The notes: generated by a model from the sequence alone, not told the origin. Shown: positions 13,003-26,156, numbered from the whole stretch's first letter. The stretch is 62,891 nt of DNA, filler included, from Neolecta irregularis DAH-3 (GCA_001929475.1; 8 parts of 8 records of this genome joined end to end with filler, not necessarily neighbours in it), one strand, 5' to 3'. Program-made: numbers and translations.

Positions 13003-13186
13003 TTGAGGTCATTCAACAGAAACCCTTTGAGACAAACGAAGATAGATAGTGAATATTACAATAGTTATGAATATAGAATTTCCGACGAACGTCATATTGT
13101 AGTCTATTGCAATTTGCAGATCCATCCACTTGAATTTTGATTCACTAGCGAACCAACCTTCATAGACGTTTGATTAATAATCCTGA

Positions 13187-13340
13187 TGTAAGGGTATATC
13201 CGGGGTATTACCGGATATATCTTACCAATGGAGCAAGTGGCGGAAAGGAAATAACGGCAATTGTATTTAGAACGTATAAAGACTTAGCGGGCATACCTTA
13301 ACCTAAGCTCATAAAGTCTACAAGCTTAGATTAAGGAATA
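13187..13340 (+). mobile_element. LTR-family A copy lacking the internal repeat block, cut by gap
   Basis: Starts TGTAAGG; matches 60541-60569 joined directly to 60850-60980. Confidence 0.7.
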
Positions 13341-13440
13341 NNNNNNNNNNNNNNNNNNNNNNNNNNNNNNNNNNNNNNNNNNNNTTAATTAATTAANNNN
13401 NNNNNNNNNNNNNNNNNNNNNNNNNNNNNNNNNNNNNNNN
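13341..13440. other. Artificial contig join (also ~20740, 33394, 36399, 38924, 40897, 44881)
   Basis: N-run, TTAATTAATTAA (stops in six frames), N-run; each about 100 bp. Confidence 0.97.
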
Positions 13441-13536
13441 TTATGAAATTTAGCGCGAACCAAACGCACCCTTAATTAAATGTAAATACAAAGTACCTAG
13501 GCCCCTCCTGCACAGCGACATTGACCATTATTTCAC

Positions 13537-15043
13537 CTAATCTTCTACATCCACCTCAACTTCAACCTTCTTCTGCAAAACCCCACAAAGCCTATGAAAA
13601 AAACTCCCAGCTTGGTCCCTATCAAACTGAATTTCTTCAACAAGATAGTCAGGCAACAAGTCAATCAACTGCTTATCCCTATTGGTGTCCAATAAGGGTA
13701 CATATTCAGTCTGATTAGTCGTATTGTTCAATGACAGCTTGAAGTGAATTGCTATCAGTGTTAGAGAAGAGAGAGGAGAAGTATACTCCTATTCCGACCA
13801 GTTTGAATGCAATCATATATCGTCTTCTCCGGAGAATGTTTAACGTCCCGGATGATTAGCCCTGTTAAATCTGCATAAAGATCCTCTTTAAATCCAGACA
13901 ATCCAGTACTTCCATTATTCTCCTTCCGATTAGCCAATTTAGCAGTCGCGATTTGTAAAGTATTTTTTGTTTGCAACAGTTCTTCCCGCAATGAAGAAAC
14001 TTGGTTTTGAAGATTTTGGATTTCTGCTTTTTCCGCCTTTGATGCCTTTTTGGCGGTTTTTATATCTTCTGTAACCGCTGATTTAGAGACAACTTGAGCT
14101 TCCAGGGATTTAATCACTTCGTCAGATGCTGACGTCAGTATCTCAAGTAAGTAGATGCGGTACCCTGAAATCGTTGTTCTGAAAGTTTCTTGTACTTTGC
14201 AAAGTTTTTTTCGGTTTCAGTTTCTTTGAGTTGTTTGAGCGTATTATATCGGTTTTCCATCATGGTATATTTTGCCCTCAGCTGTTTTCAATCAATTCAC
14301 TCTCATATACCACTTTATACCTCTTCCAACTTTGTTGACTCGTCATCTTGCTTAACAGAAGCTACATGCTTTCCTGGCTTTGGTCTTGGGACTTCGAGAT
14401 CCTCAATCTCTTCATCAGAAGTCTTGTCCGGAGGAGGAAGCTGAGTTTCGGCAACTTCCTTTAGATTTTTTCCCTTTCGTCCTCTGATAGGAGCGGCTTT
14501 CTTCCTCTGAGCCGCCAGATCTTCTTCAGATCCATCAATGTCCATCGGGATTTGAGGTTCTGGCACTGTTGTCTTACCTTTTGCTACCACTGCTTTTTTC
14601 ACAGGTGCCTTTTTCACAGATTTCCGCGGTTCTTGTTCTTCCTCACTTTCATCCTTCCTCTCAGCCTTCTTTGCTCGGGCAATGGGTTTTCTGGGGGGCT
14701 CAGAAATAATGCCCATATCGCCTTCTTCTGCAATCACTGGTTTTGATATGTTTGTCCGTTTTCTTATAGGATTTTTAGGCTTCTTGACGACTGTGGATTC
14801 AAGGTCTTCATCAGATTCTCCTGACTCGCGTTTCTTGGTAGCAGCTAGAGAATAATTAGATCAATTCAAGTTGTAAATTAACTTACCCTTGGAAGTTATC
14901 ATTGAGGATTTTTTCATTGTTTTCGGAGCATGCTCTGGGGTGTCTTGAATGTTACTCGCAAAATTCCTCAAGATCATACCTTCTATCTCCTCTTCTTCAG
15001 ATTCTGCCATCGACATAATACTTGTTTTCTTTGGACGTCCCAT
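13537..15043 (-). CDS. CSM1: Monopolin subunit Csm1/Pcs1
   Basis: KEDLYADLTGLII, YDCIQTGRN, YVPLLD..RD..L...LPDYL.EEI.F; coiled coil and low-complexity N-terminus. Confidence 0.85.
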
Positions 15044-15238
15044 TATAAGGTTTATGTAAAATGGCTGAAATAAAAGGACCTGGCTGGCTGGAAGTTTTTG
15101 TTTTGAATCGAGGCTGATTCTGGGGGTGAACAAGTCACATGACGCGTTTCGTGTTTAATTTAGATAAGACAGCAAAGCTTGAATGGAGATATTTACTCTG
15201 CAACGTATTCTTTTGAATACCCTTATCCAGAATAGAGA

Positions 15239-16232
15239 TTAGACATCCCTGACAATCATGCCGTTCTCATTTCTCGCCCGGTCAGCATACTCACTCCACG
15301 ATCCTATTAAAATTAGCGGCATTGTCATGGAGAACTTTGCCATCATAGACAGAGAGCGATCCACTATGTCCTGCAGAAACCAATGCAGTGAAAAGTGCAG
15401 AAGCGGTCACTCCACTTCCACAACTTAGAACAGTTTCCTTGGATAAATCGATCCCCTTTGCTGTAAAGAGATTCTTCAAATCCTCTGAAGGCAGAAATTC
15501 ACCCAAAGACGGATCGACGACAGTACTAAATGGGATCGAAATTGAACCAGGAATATGACCCGAGGATATATCAGGTCGCGGCTCTTTAGCTGCACCGATG
15601 AAACGATCACTTGGCCTCGCATCGATAATTTGAACATCTTTTTTCCCTCGCACTATCGCAACAACATCTTCATACGTCGAGAGCAAGTCAATTTGAACGT
15701 GGGGAACATTATACTCCGTTGCTTCAAACTCCTTTGGTTGTCCAGAATCAATATCATACTGTTCCTTCAGCCATCTCGGAAATCCTCCATCCAGAATAGA
15801 ACATTGCTGATGTCCAAAGTATCTCAACATCCAGAAAACCCTTGGGGCAGAGAAAATCCCAAGAGTGTCGTAGACGGTAATGTGATCTTCCTTCTTGATG
15901 CCCAGTCGACTCATCTCTTTCATGAAATCGGCTCTTGTGGGAAGCATGTGGGGATACGCACTTTCACCTTTGACCTTGTCCAAATCGAAGAATCGAGCAT
16001 GTGGAATTCGTCGTTGTTGGTATTCTTTCTGCGGGTCTCGTTTACTTCCTGGCATAAACCATGAACAATCCACAGGAACGACCTGGGATGGTGAATTAGA
16101 TTGCAGAGCGGCCGAAAGCGATTTTGGAGAAACAAGGATTGATTCAAAGCGATTCATATTTATTGAAACGTTGTGGAAACGCGCCGTGAGCAGGTTTACT
16201 GGACGCGCGAGAGAAAAGCTTATTAAACGCAT
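15239..16232 (-). CDS. TUM1: 3-mercaptopyruvate/thiosulfate sulfurtransferase (tandem rhodanese)
   Basis: RIPHARFFDLD, SAPRVFW, LDGG, SGHIPGS, active site CGSGVTA; YDGSWSEY is restored by GC-AG intron 15304-15340. Confidence 0.92.
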
Positions 16233-16673
16233 GAGGTTTCGTTGATGATTTTGATTCTGGTTCACCGGTACAATCAGAATATTACCCTGTTTTTCATAGA
16301 TCGATTCTTGTTATCGGCCTTCGCAATTCTACCAGTTAAGAATTCAGAGGAGAGTGGACGGATGACCAAACTGAGTGCAATACATATATGTAAGAACAAG
16401 AGTTCTTACGGGACAAGGGATTGAGTACGAATTATAGTTTGGAATGATTACGCATACCTAACCGAGATCACTGACTTGCGTTTGACAGGCTGTCAATAAA
16501 CCGGGGCTTTTTCGTAAGTTTGTTACAACCTTACAACATACGTCTTGAATCTGGATGTTCAATTCAACTATATGTAGAGAACATGCAACTATGTTCATCC
16601 ATCCTCTTCCACAATAAAACTGGTTGGAACGCTAATAAAAAAAAGCCTGCCGCAAAAATTGACTTATTTGCCT

Positions 16674-17144
16674 TTAAACTTCAACCATTTCTTCTTTTTT
16701 CGACATATAGGGAGATTTCTTACAGTCATGACATTTGTCTTTTTCAAAGTTCTTCAAGAACATCTTTCGAAAGTAATTCCACGGGAGCGGCATCGCAACA
16801 TAAACTCGCCGAGAGAACCAGTTAAATGCATCTGCTTCAAGATACGTGGAAGCAATAAACACCCTTTTCGAATCTGGGACTGAATGTATGTCGAAGAAAA
16901 TTTCCATTCTGGTTATCCAGTTGAATGTCTCATGAGGGTTTCCCGAGAAGGTTGGCGGCTCGCGACATACAAATGTTGGTAAGGGACCGCTGGGAGAGGC
17001 TGGAGCAGTGACAGTGTTCCAATATTCGAAATCTTCCGAATTTTGTCTCTCGACTTGTTTGATAGATGGAGTTTGATTTGTCATTGATGATTCCTTGACA
17101 GGAGAGTTTGGAAGAGTCTTGATGCCAGTCCAATAGTTGTTCAT
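16674..17144 (-). CDS. Stand-alone Ty3/gypsy-type Gag capsid-domain protein
   Basis: PPTFSG....NWITRMEIFF......KRVFIASTYLEADAFNWF...W..F...FLKNF is the typical retrotransposon Gag pattern; no pol or LTR is adjacent. Confidence 0.7.
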   Translation of the reverse strand: MNNYWTGIKTLPNSPVKESSMTNQTPSIKQVERQNSEDFEYWNTVTAPASPSGPLPTFVCREPPTFSGNPHETFNWITRMEIFFDIHSVPDSKRVFIASTYLEADAFNWFSRRVYVAMPLPWNYFRKMFLKNFEKDKCHDCKKSPYMSKKEEMVEV

Positions 17145-17473
17145 TCTCTGGAATAGATTGCGCACGAGGATCTCGGCGACTTGATGAATTTATACATTTC
17201 CCAAGTGTAACGTGTGACAGAATTGGTAGCACACGTCCTTGAATGACATGCTCGTCATACAGACTGATACATACATATTTAACCGGTCATTGTATGAATT
17301 TCCCCAAATTTGGCCTTGACCACCTTATCTCATGTCCTTTATAGAAACTGGGATAAACCAGATGCGAGGAAAGCTTGCTACAAACATTCCATACCCAGAT
17401 GAAGCAGGAATCCCTAGGAACACTAAGATGACGAAGGTATATATTAAATTAATACTAATGTAGGTTAAAAGAT

Positions 17474-17545
17474 GGGCGCGTAGCGCAATGGTAGCGCGTC
17501 AGATTTCGGTTCTGAAGGCTGTGTGTTCGACTCATACCGTGCTCG
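17474..17545 (+). tRNA. tRNA-Arg(TCG)
   Basis: 72-nt cloverleaf: acceptor GGGCGCG/CGTGCTC, anticodon stem TCAGA/TCTGA with loop TT-TCG-GT, T-loop GTTCGA, followed by T-runs. Confidence 0.9.
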
Positions 17546-17767
17546 TTTCGTTTTGTTTTGCTACTTCGCAACAACTAGTTCACGCAACTCAAGTATAATA
17601 TCTACTTAGCAAAAAACTTGAACAAATGCGCTCTTGCGTGTCCAAATTTCCTGAAATTGGCCAATAAATAATTGACTGCCTTAAATTACTATGCTTGTTC
17701 TTCCACGCAACAATAATATTTGGCATGTGACATAGACAACCTTTTGAACTGCAAATAAATCGCTCAA

Positions 17768-18687
17768 ATGGCACGAATAGGAAATCTGTATATCTCCCCT
17801 CCACTTTTGCCATCCAGTAGTTACTTCATATCCACAAAACAAGATTTTTTAGCTTTCTACAACACTCGTTATACTGGCTGTATAACGACGCGGACTTGTC
17901 AGTTGGATGGATTCCTAGAGGACGGGGAAAGGCGCCGGGTGGAGTATACACGGGACGGCAGTTCAATTAATAATTTCGGCTATAGTCCGTACCCGCTTCG
18001 TCAGTGTTTAAGTTGGATTGAAGAAATTGAAGGCGAGAAACCTGTAATTGTAAGTGTTGCGGGAGGACGCACTCAAGATCTCTTGGATTGTATTGAAATG
18101 ATTCAAGAGACGAGGATGAAACTCCAATCAGGTGGAAATTTTTGAAGGGGATATTGGTTAATTTTAGTTTAGGGGAATCAAGATTTGATATTGGAATCGA
18201 AGTTAATACATCTTGTCCGAATCTTGGAAATGTTCCAGCTGGCTTCGATTTCGTTCAGTTGGCTGAATATCTTACTGTGATCGCCAGATATACTGCAAAT
18301 GATCCTACTCTTACTGTTGGATTAAAATTACCTCCCTATACGCACGACGGTCATTTCGACAGTCTTATCTCTGTTCTCGAGAGAACGTGTCCGATTAGGT
18401 TTATCACGTCTACGAATACACTTGGGAACGGTCAACATCCAGAATCGAGACTTGTAGGAGGGATTGGCGGGTCGGGAGTACATTACTTAGCGCTGGGGAA
18501 TGTATATACTCTTCGAGCAAGACTCAACACGGCTGGCCTTCAACATGTGAAGATTATTGGTGTAGGGGGTTGTTTTGACAATAAGAGTTACCAAAATTTC
18601 CTTAATGCAGGAGCAGATGCCGTAGGATTGGCTACAGCTATCGGAGTCGTAGGAAGGGATGTCTTTTCAAAGATTTTAGAGCAATAG
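17768..18687 (+). CDS. Class-1A dihydroorotate dehydrogenase-like flavoprotein (possibly dihydrouracil oxidase); 1 intron ~18132-18172
   Basis: EVNTSCPN, LKLPPY, TSTNTLGNG, GGIGG...LALGNV, IIGVGG; no N-terminal membrane anchor. Confidence 0.85.
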
Positions 18688-18799
18688 ATGATATATGCGA
18701 ATTAAATGATAATGAGCTATTGCTACTGGAAATCATTGCTACAATGCCATGAGCTCCAAAGAAGAAACTTCGCAAGAAGCAACCACACCCGCGTGCATA

Positions 18800-20410
18800 T
18801 TAAGGCAGAACCATACCATCTCTTGCCATCTTTGCTGAAATTCTTCAGGGTTAGCATTTGCACAGGCGGCACGACATACAAAGCAGCATAAGACCAAGTG
18901 AGATCCCTTGCACCTCTTGGTTCACCTGTATTTCGATCGAATTCTTCGGATAAACTGCCATTTCTCGCGGAAAATTGTCGAACAACGTCGAGGAACGTAT
19001 CTGCATAGTTTGAAATTCCATCAACTATATGTTTGAATTCTTGTGAGTCGGATGAATAGGATCTTCCAGGTTCAGCCTTGTCGAAGAATTGCTGGAAAAA
19101 TTTGACATTTGCGGCTGTTACATTGACGCTTTTAGCTTTTGTGAATTCAAAGTTTGCTGTATATAAGGATTCTGCAACGATAGTTGTACAGAGATACCAG
19201 GGATTACCCCTGGACTTGGAAATTCCTTCGGACAAGTTAGGCTCGGGATATATGCAGTGGTATACCATCATAGACGTCTTCAGGATACCGGCCACATGCG
19301 ATTCCATTCGCATTCGCATTGATATTGTAGAGATGCTTGAAAGAATCTACAAAAGCTTGAAGAGTGACAAGGACCTTTTCATCGCTTGGCTGGAAGAGGC
19401 CATAGCCTGTACGTCCGTTGCCATGTACGGAGCCGAGCAAAGTTCCACAATCAAGGCCAGAACGACTCGAGTTTTGTGTACTGAGTAAGAAAGTTGATGA
19501 GGTAAAAGGGCGATATACGCGATAATATAGCCTTTTGAGGAAGACCAAAAGGAATAGAGTGAGTCTTCCATCTCGGCCGCTATGGTAGTAAAAATGGAAG
19601 CAGAGGAGTTGTCATTATTATCTTTGGCAAATTGAATACCCTCAATGAGAGCTCGTCGTTGGACCATCATGGTGAAGAAGTGCTGCTCTTAGTAGTCACC
19701 CATTCACAAGATAATACTGTTCCCTTGACTTCTTCCCACAAGTCGAAACTCTGACTCTTCCAGTATGTCGCCACATAATGCAAATCAGCCTTGACGACTA
19801 CAGCTCAGTTTGGCCGAGTTTTCGAAGGAACATACTGGGCCAAATTGTGTCGCTGATATAGGTCTTGCTTGAACCGTCTGTCTTGAGATACTTTTGGCAG
19901 TACTGTATCATTGCGGTTGCTCTCAATGCGGGACCGTCAGCCTGCGGCCGTCCCCAGTCGCCTTGGAAGGCTGTGCCGTTTGGGTAGAACCTGCATAGTC
20001 AGACTTGGGGGCAAAAGTGTGGAGGAATGCTTTGGTTCTCCAAGGCCGCCTGTGTCGAAACCGCCACTCGGGTTGTCTACGTGCTGCAACTTTGTCATTT
20101 CTGCAATCCAGCTCTGGACGAGACTGTTGTAGCCTGCGGGTTCCTGTGCAATGATGACCTTGTAAGTGATGGCGGAGTCGCGAATCCATTGGTAGAAGTA
20201 GTCTGGGTCTGCAGTACTGGGACTGGCCAACACCGCAGCAGAATCGACAGGACCCCCAGTGGTGCCGATGTTTGATTTGATTTTGAGGCTCGCCAGGGCG
20301 GTTTCGACAGAGAGCCACGCATCGAGGGTGGTCGCAGGAAAACAGGCAAGCAGCGAGAGCGCGGCGGCAAATATAGCCAGCATCGGGGCCGCAGAAAGTG
20401 CAGGGGCCAT
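18800..20410 (-). CDS. Secreted glucoamylase, GH15, no starch-binding domain
   Basis: PDYFYQWIRDSA, GLGEPKF, WGRPQADGPALRA, WEEV, GRYPEDVYDG, GNPWYLCT, LSEEFDR, DLTWSYAA. Confidence 0.93.
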
Positions 20411-21236
20411 GCGTGCACTGCAGCTCTGCCATCAGCAAGATGCGCTGCTTTGTTTGTGCTTGTGTCTTGTGTTCCGCGACACTAGCCACCTGCGCCACAG
20501 ATCCGTTAGGGCTCAGATGTGTCTTCGAATACGTCCGTCAGGCGCCACTCCTTCTGGATTGCCTGCGACGCTGCTAGACTCAGCACTGCAAGGCTCCTTT
20601 GCCCACTCGACTCACCCGCTCGCTTCCTCTAGATTCCTCTCGCCCCCCTGCCTGGCACCCCCACACACCTCACCCACCCCTTCCTCTTGCTCCCCTTCCC
20701 TTCACCACCCCTTCCTCTTGCTCCCCTTCCTTTCACCACNNNNNNNNNNNNNNNNNNNNNNNNNNNNNNNNNNNNNNNNNNNNTTAATTAATTAANNNNN
20801 NNNNNNNNNNNNNNNNNNNNNNNNNNNNNNNNNNNNNNNGAGTCAGAAAGAAAAGTCTATTTGAACAAGATGAGGTACGAGAGAAGTCGTATGACATTGG
20901 ATCTGGAATACGTCAATGGCCGTAGCTGTTTTATTTTTATCGCCAACCTTGACCTTCAGTGATTAAGGCTCGATTTGAAACTTAGAATACAGCAGCAAGC
21001 GCAACTATATCACAGAACCTTCCGACAAGAGTATTCATCGCGTAATCCAGTCGCTTATTTAAATTCTCTGTGCGATCTGCGATCAATTGTGCAGAAGTCA
21101 TCGTGTTGGGCTGGCTGATCAGTTGATGGATGGTTCCCTAATTATACCAAAAAGGGAAATTGGGATGACCATTAATTATGGCTTCTTCTGGCAGACAGTC
21201 ACCATAAGGAATCAACCGCCAAGATTATATACCACA

Positions 21237-21652
21237 ATGTCCAAAAGAACTAAGAAAGTCGGTACGTACTCTTTCGTATCGATGCGATAAGGTATTAACA
21301 GTATACAGGTGTTACCGGTCGATATGGGTATTTTATTACACAATCAGTTGAAAATGTCTAACATCAAGAACACGATATGGTGCCTCCCTTAGAAAACAAG
21401 TGAAAAAGATGGAAATCAGTCAACACGCTCGCTATATTTGCACATTTTGTGGGAAAAACTGCGTTAAACGAAAGGCTGTTGGAATTTGGCATTGTTCTGG
21501 TTGCAAGAAGACTTTAGCGGGTGGTGCTTGGACTGTATCGTAAGTCTTTCCTAGATTTGGCAAATATTAGATATCTAATTGGTCATAGTACGAGTGCTGC
21601 TACGACTGTTCGATCTACTATTCGACGGCTGAGAGAATTGGCTGAAGTATAA
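21237..21652 (+). CDS. RPL43: 60S ribosomal protein eL43 (3 introns)
   Basis: [41 protein letters not shown]...GIWHC..C...AGGAW. Confidence 0.96.
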
Positions 21653-21893
21653 AGTCTTGTAGAAAATGTAATGGATATCCTTCCAACCAATTCTTTACAT
21701 CATTTCGGGCCCCACTTCTTAAAGCTGTCGATTTGAGCTGGAGCCCTGAGAGAGGAAATACGACTGCAGAGCTTTTCTTCTGTGTAAGGTCAAAGTTTTA
21801 CATTTACCTCCTGCGTTCAAATCTTTCGGCCGTTCCGGATGAAATCGTCAAATCTTCCAAGGCCCATCCATATACATACACTTTATTTCTAAT

Positions 21894-23008
21894 CTATATT
21901 ATGCCCTTTTCCTTGATCGGCCCTCTCAATTGTCCCAGGGTGATCAAAACAGCCTCTTCAGTTCGAATAGTCCTACTACCCTGTTCAGGACACGTATTGA
22001 TCCAAAGATCAAATAGTTCTTTCGCATCTGAACCCTGTATCTCCAAAGCAGGATCATTGTCTATAGCGTATTCAATCCCTGCAAGACCCCCAAACACAAC
22101 CAACATATGTGAAAACTCTGGTATTGAAATCGACGAGATTTCATCACCACGCTCAGAAGTTCCGAGAGTAATATCATAGCCATTCTTTCATGAGAATATG
22201 AAAGCAAGGGTAGGAGGAGTTACCGTGTAAGGAGATTCCGTGAATACAGCAGATATGGAATCTGCTATGCGGACTTTATAGCCCCAATACAATCCCACTT
22301 CCTGCTTTGGTGTAGTGGAGGGAACGATTTCCCCTTCTATATATTCCCCATAATTTTTCTTAATTCGCACGGTCACTCGTGTGTTTTGGTGAATTCTTTT
22401 TCCTGGTACAAATACTCTCAAACGAAGACCGGCATCGACTAAAGTCCCATTCTTTGCGAAATCAAGGAGAGTTATTCCTTCGCGAAAGGGTAGATCGTCA
22501 TCTATCCGCAGATGATGAGGACAATCCAGCGGATTTAAAAGTCCAGCGAATTTTAAATCTCTATGCATCGGAAAGATGGATTTGCGAAGATACTGAGGAG
22601 TCTCGAGGTATTGCAATATTTTGGCTAGAAAAATGTCAGAGGCACTCAGGCCGGCATGTTTCTCCATATACGGATGTTGGTCGTCTGACTTTTTAGGAGT
22701 ATCATCATATATCACGATTTCGTCGACGTTGAAAATAGCGAGGGACCGAGCTATCTTGTTGATCAATGAAAAGGTCTCCAAGGGAGGGGTTACAGAACCA
22801 GCGAGGGCAGTTTTGAGTTCTGGGGTTTGTGAATTTGCGATTATGCTGCCAGGCAGGGCGACAGAGAGTGTATACTTTTGGCCGTGGTCTTTGAGAATGG
22901 GATTTGCAGAAGGCTTGGAGGTGTCAATGTGTCCTGGGTTATAGTGTTTTCTCTTTGGTTCAGAATGGGATGGCGGTGGTAGTGGGATACCTTTTTTTGT
23001 GGGGGCAT
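21894..23008 (-). CDS. SPOUT-family RNA methyltransferase (C9orf114/SPOUT1-like)
   Basis: TLSVALPGSII, LQYLETPQYLRK, GLLNPLD.PHH, YWGY.VR, QGSRTIRTEEA. Confidence 0.92.
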
Positions 23009-23156
23009 GGTGGTGGGAGTGGCAGGAATTTGGGGAGAGGACTGCAACAGACCCTAACTTCCTTCCATCGTCCACCACAAAAAGCGGTAGTGAAGGGATT
23101 CAATCACCGATTGCAGACTGACGGGCTAATTGATAGGAGCGACGCAGAAGGTGACG

Positions 23157-23784
23157 ATGTATGGCGATCTTGCTGCAAAATTGGTTAGCGATGCGAAGCG
23201 CATGCAACAGCTCGTGACGCTGCCGGCGTACCAGCAGGAGCTTGTGCGGGAGATCTGCCGCGAGGTGCAGCACCTAGATGAAGAGGCGAATGTACATTTG
23301 GAGGCAGCAGGTGGAAGCGATATCCGCCAGCAGAACGAGGCCGCGGCGTGTACTGTGCTCGTCCAATATCTGTGCATGCGCCGCAACAAGCGTTGTCTGC
23401 TGGCATACCATCGCGCGCGCATGGAGCGACTCGAGCAGGCGTGCTGGAGCGCTGTAGGCTGGGAGCAGACAGGCGGCGGAGGATTGTCTGCGTCAGAACA
23501 GGAATATGCGCGGCGGTACACGGAGCTGGTCGCGGGTTGTGCGGGTCGATGGACGGAGATTGATCTTGCGGGTCCACTACTGCCACCCCGGGAATTGTTT
23601 GTGGATGTGCGAGTGCTGCGGGATGCGGGGGAGATCCAGACTGAGTATGGGTGAGTCGATCGATTTTTGGTGGTGAGCCGCTGATGGACAGGGCGGTTGC
23701 ATTGACGCGCAACAGCCAGTTCTACGCGCGACACGCCGACGTCGAGCGGCTTGTACAGCAGGGTTTTCTCGCACGTGTTCCCTA
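23157..23784 (+). CDS. PSF1: GINS complex subunit Psf1
   Basis: MYGDLA.KLV, RNKRCLLAY, LLPP.ELFVDVRVL.DAGEIQTEYG; last exon VERLVQQGFL. Confidence 0.95.
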
Positions 23785-23862
23785 ACTAACCACCACTGTT
23801 TCTATTCATTGCCATATCACAGCATACACTTGCTACACTCTCCCCATACCAGACTTCCATTT

Positions 23863-24303
23863 ATGCCTTGTTCAAAGTGCGAAAACAAACTTGCCTCTCT
23901 TGCAACACCCAGGTCTTGCCTCACCCTCTTCCTCGAACCCATTTGACTCCCCCTCAGCGTAAAAAAGGCATCAGACCTCTATGGCGGTGTCGGTGCTCCC
24001 AGATCTGCTGGTCCTACTGCTCCCGAACGCAAGATTGGCGAGAACAAGATGCTCTCTAAACCTGCCAAGAAAAGGTGAAGCTACAGGCCATCTTTCAGAA
24101 CTGACCATATAGGTTCACGCCTTATGCCACAACCTGCAGCGACTGCGGATTGCGGACACATCAGGGCGGTAAGTACTGTCAGAGTACTCGCTCCTCCGTC
24201 CTCGTGAACTAATCTTGCAGAATGTGCATACAAACGCGGAGTCTGCGGGATTTGCGGAAAGAAGATCCTCGATATATCAGCATACAAGATGTCTGTCAAG
24301 TAG
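23863..24303 (+). CDS. CRIPT: Cysteine-rich PDZ-binding protein homolog (3 introns)
   Basis: Spliced product MPCSKCENKL..LATP...RKIGENKMLSK..K.RFTPY...C.DC.....GGKYCQKCAYKRGVCGICGKKILD. Confidence 0.88.
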
Positions 24304-24846
24304 TTCATCTAATGAGAGCTTCATGGTACTCCGTTCAGGACTAGGGCAGAGTATACTACTGGTTCCAAACATTATCTTGCTTTCCTTATCAAGGTTTACA
24401 TTCATGCTAAAATGGCTTATCTAATACGTACTCATCATTCAATGTCAAAGATTTATTCTGGCATGGCATCACTAATGGACTGACTATGATTCTGGAAAGC
24501 AGGAGTTAGACTGTTGGGCTAGACTAGTTGGGCACGGATGTTTCAACTAATTAATAAATCAGGAAACAGAGTAATATGTATAATAACAGTCCATGCTGCT
24601 GCGTTGAATCATAAAGCACTTAGTAGCATTGGTCTTAAGACTACAATCCAAGTTAGAAATACAAAGAGCATTACTGGTAATACAAAAGGCCGGCTATAGT
24701 GGAAATAAAGAAATAGTTGTGCTACCAAGGGTCCACTCACCATTCATTGCATTGACCGGACAAAAAGTTCACTAGACATTCATATGTTGGCTCCAGAAAT
24801 TATCTTTTTCAAATACCAAAACATAACGTTACATACCCATCACCGG

Positions 24847-25938
24847 TCACCGATCACTCAACGCGTGCCGAATGCCCAGCCAATAGTCCGGCGCAACATA
24901 TTCCTTAATCTCTTCCTTGGTCAACCACATAAAATCCTTGACATCCGATCCATTCGGAACAGCCTGTCCTGCGAAAATATGCGCACGAAGGAAAAATATC
25001 TGCAGTTCAACACATTTGATGATATCCTGGAATTTACCCTTGCCCCACGTAGAAGAGTTCGGTTTTGTTTTGCTTCAGGGTACGAATACCGATAATGACA
25101 AACTGGTGTCTCTCCAACAAACCATGTATTCATATTCTTTCCAACAGCAGTGTGTAGTGCTATTTCCGCAGACTACCACAGTCAGAAACCCTTTTTCCTC
25201 TCGAGGGAATCACCGTGTGTAATACGCCTCCGTTGGCAACAGAAATCTGAGGAAATCTCCATGCATTCTCTTCCCGGTTCTTCTGAATTAAAAGATATAA
25301 CCGTCTATCCAACTTTCTATCCAAACTCCGTGTGTCGTTCGTTCTATCAGCTTCGGTGATCCTATCGTTCGGAACAACAACATCGTCTTCCCGCAATACA
25401 GACTCCTCATCTTTACTCATCTCCGTTTTCTCCTCCTCTCCAACCTTTGTTTTTCGGCGACCTAGTAATTTCTTTTCATCCAATACGGCATAACCGCCTT
25501 GAATCCATCGCTTCTCGGCGATCGATCCTTTTCTAAAGTAGAAATTCGCTGAAAATCTAGCTGCGAGTCGTTGCTCTAAACTCAACTGGTAATCGTAAAA
25601 GGCTTTTTCAAAAGGTGTAGGTAATTTTATAATTTGTGGGACTCGTGTTAAGATTACTCCTGCTTTGATTCCCCAGGGATATCGGGACCCTTTTCTTTCT
25701 GGTTCGATAAGATGCTCATCTGCTGATTCCAATAGTTGATCTACTGCGATGTTTGATCTTTTATTTGATGTCGAGAAGTTGGAGCATTGATTCAGACGCC
25801 GAAAGGCTTTACGGGCACCTTTAACAGTTAGAACCCTCTAAAATAATGGACAGAGATACGTTTGGGCGAGACTTGGAGATCTTTTACAGTCTGGGAAACA
25901 GAATGCTCAATTCGGTAATACTGACATCGTGACAGCAT
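24847..25938 (-). CDS. Mitochondrial ribosomal protein mL46 (yeast MRPL17-like); start approximate
   Basis: FEKAFY.YQ, FYFRKGS, RITEAD..ND.RSLDRKL.R.LYLL, NMNTWFVG, DF.WLTKEEI. Confidence 0.88.
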
Positions 25939-26156
25939 TAGGATTTCCGACACCCTTTTTTTTCTCGGCAGGAAGGATCAAATCAAAAGATAATGACTGA
26001 AATATGACAATGTACAATTCAATATCGGTGAATTCGATGCTGATAGTTATTATCCTACAAGATGTTTTCTTGGGGCAAAAATGGCCAGAAATTGATTCAG
26101 ATTAATTAGCGGTGATTTCCCAGAAACGAAATTCCAGGCTATTTTAATATTTATTA

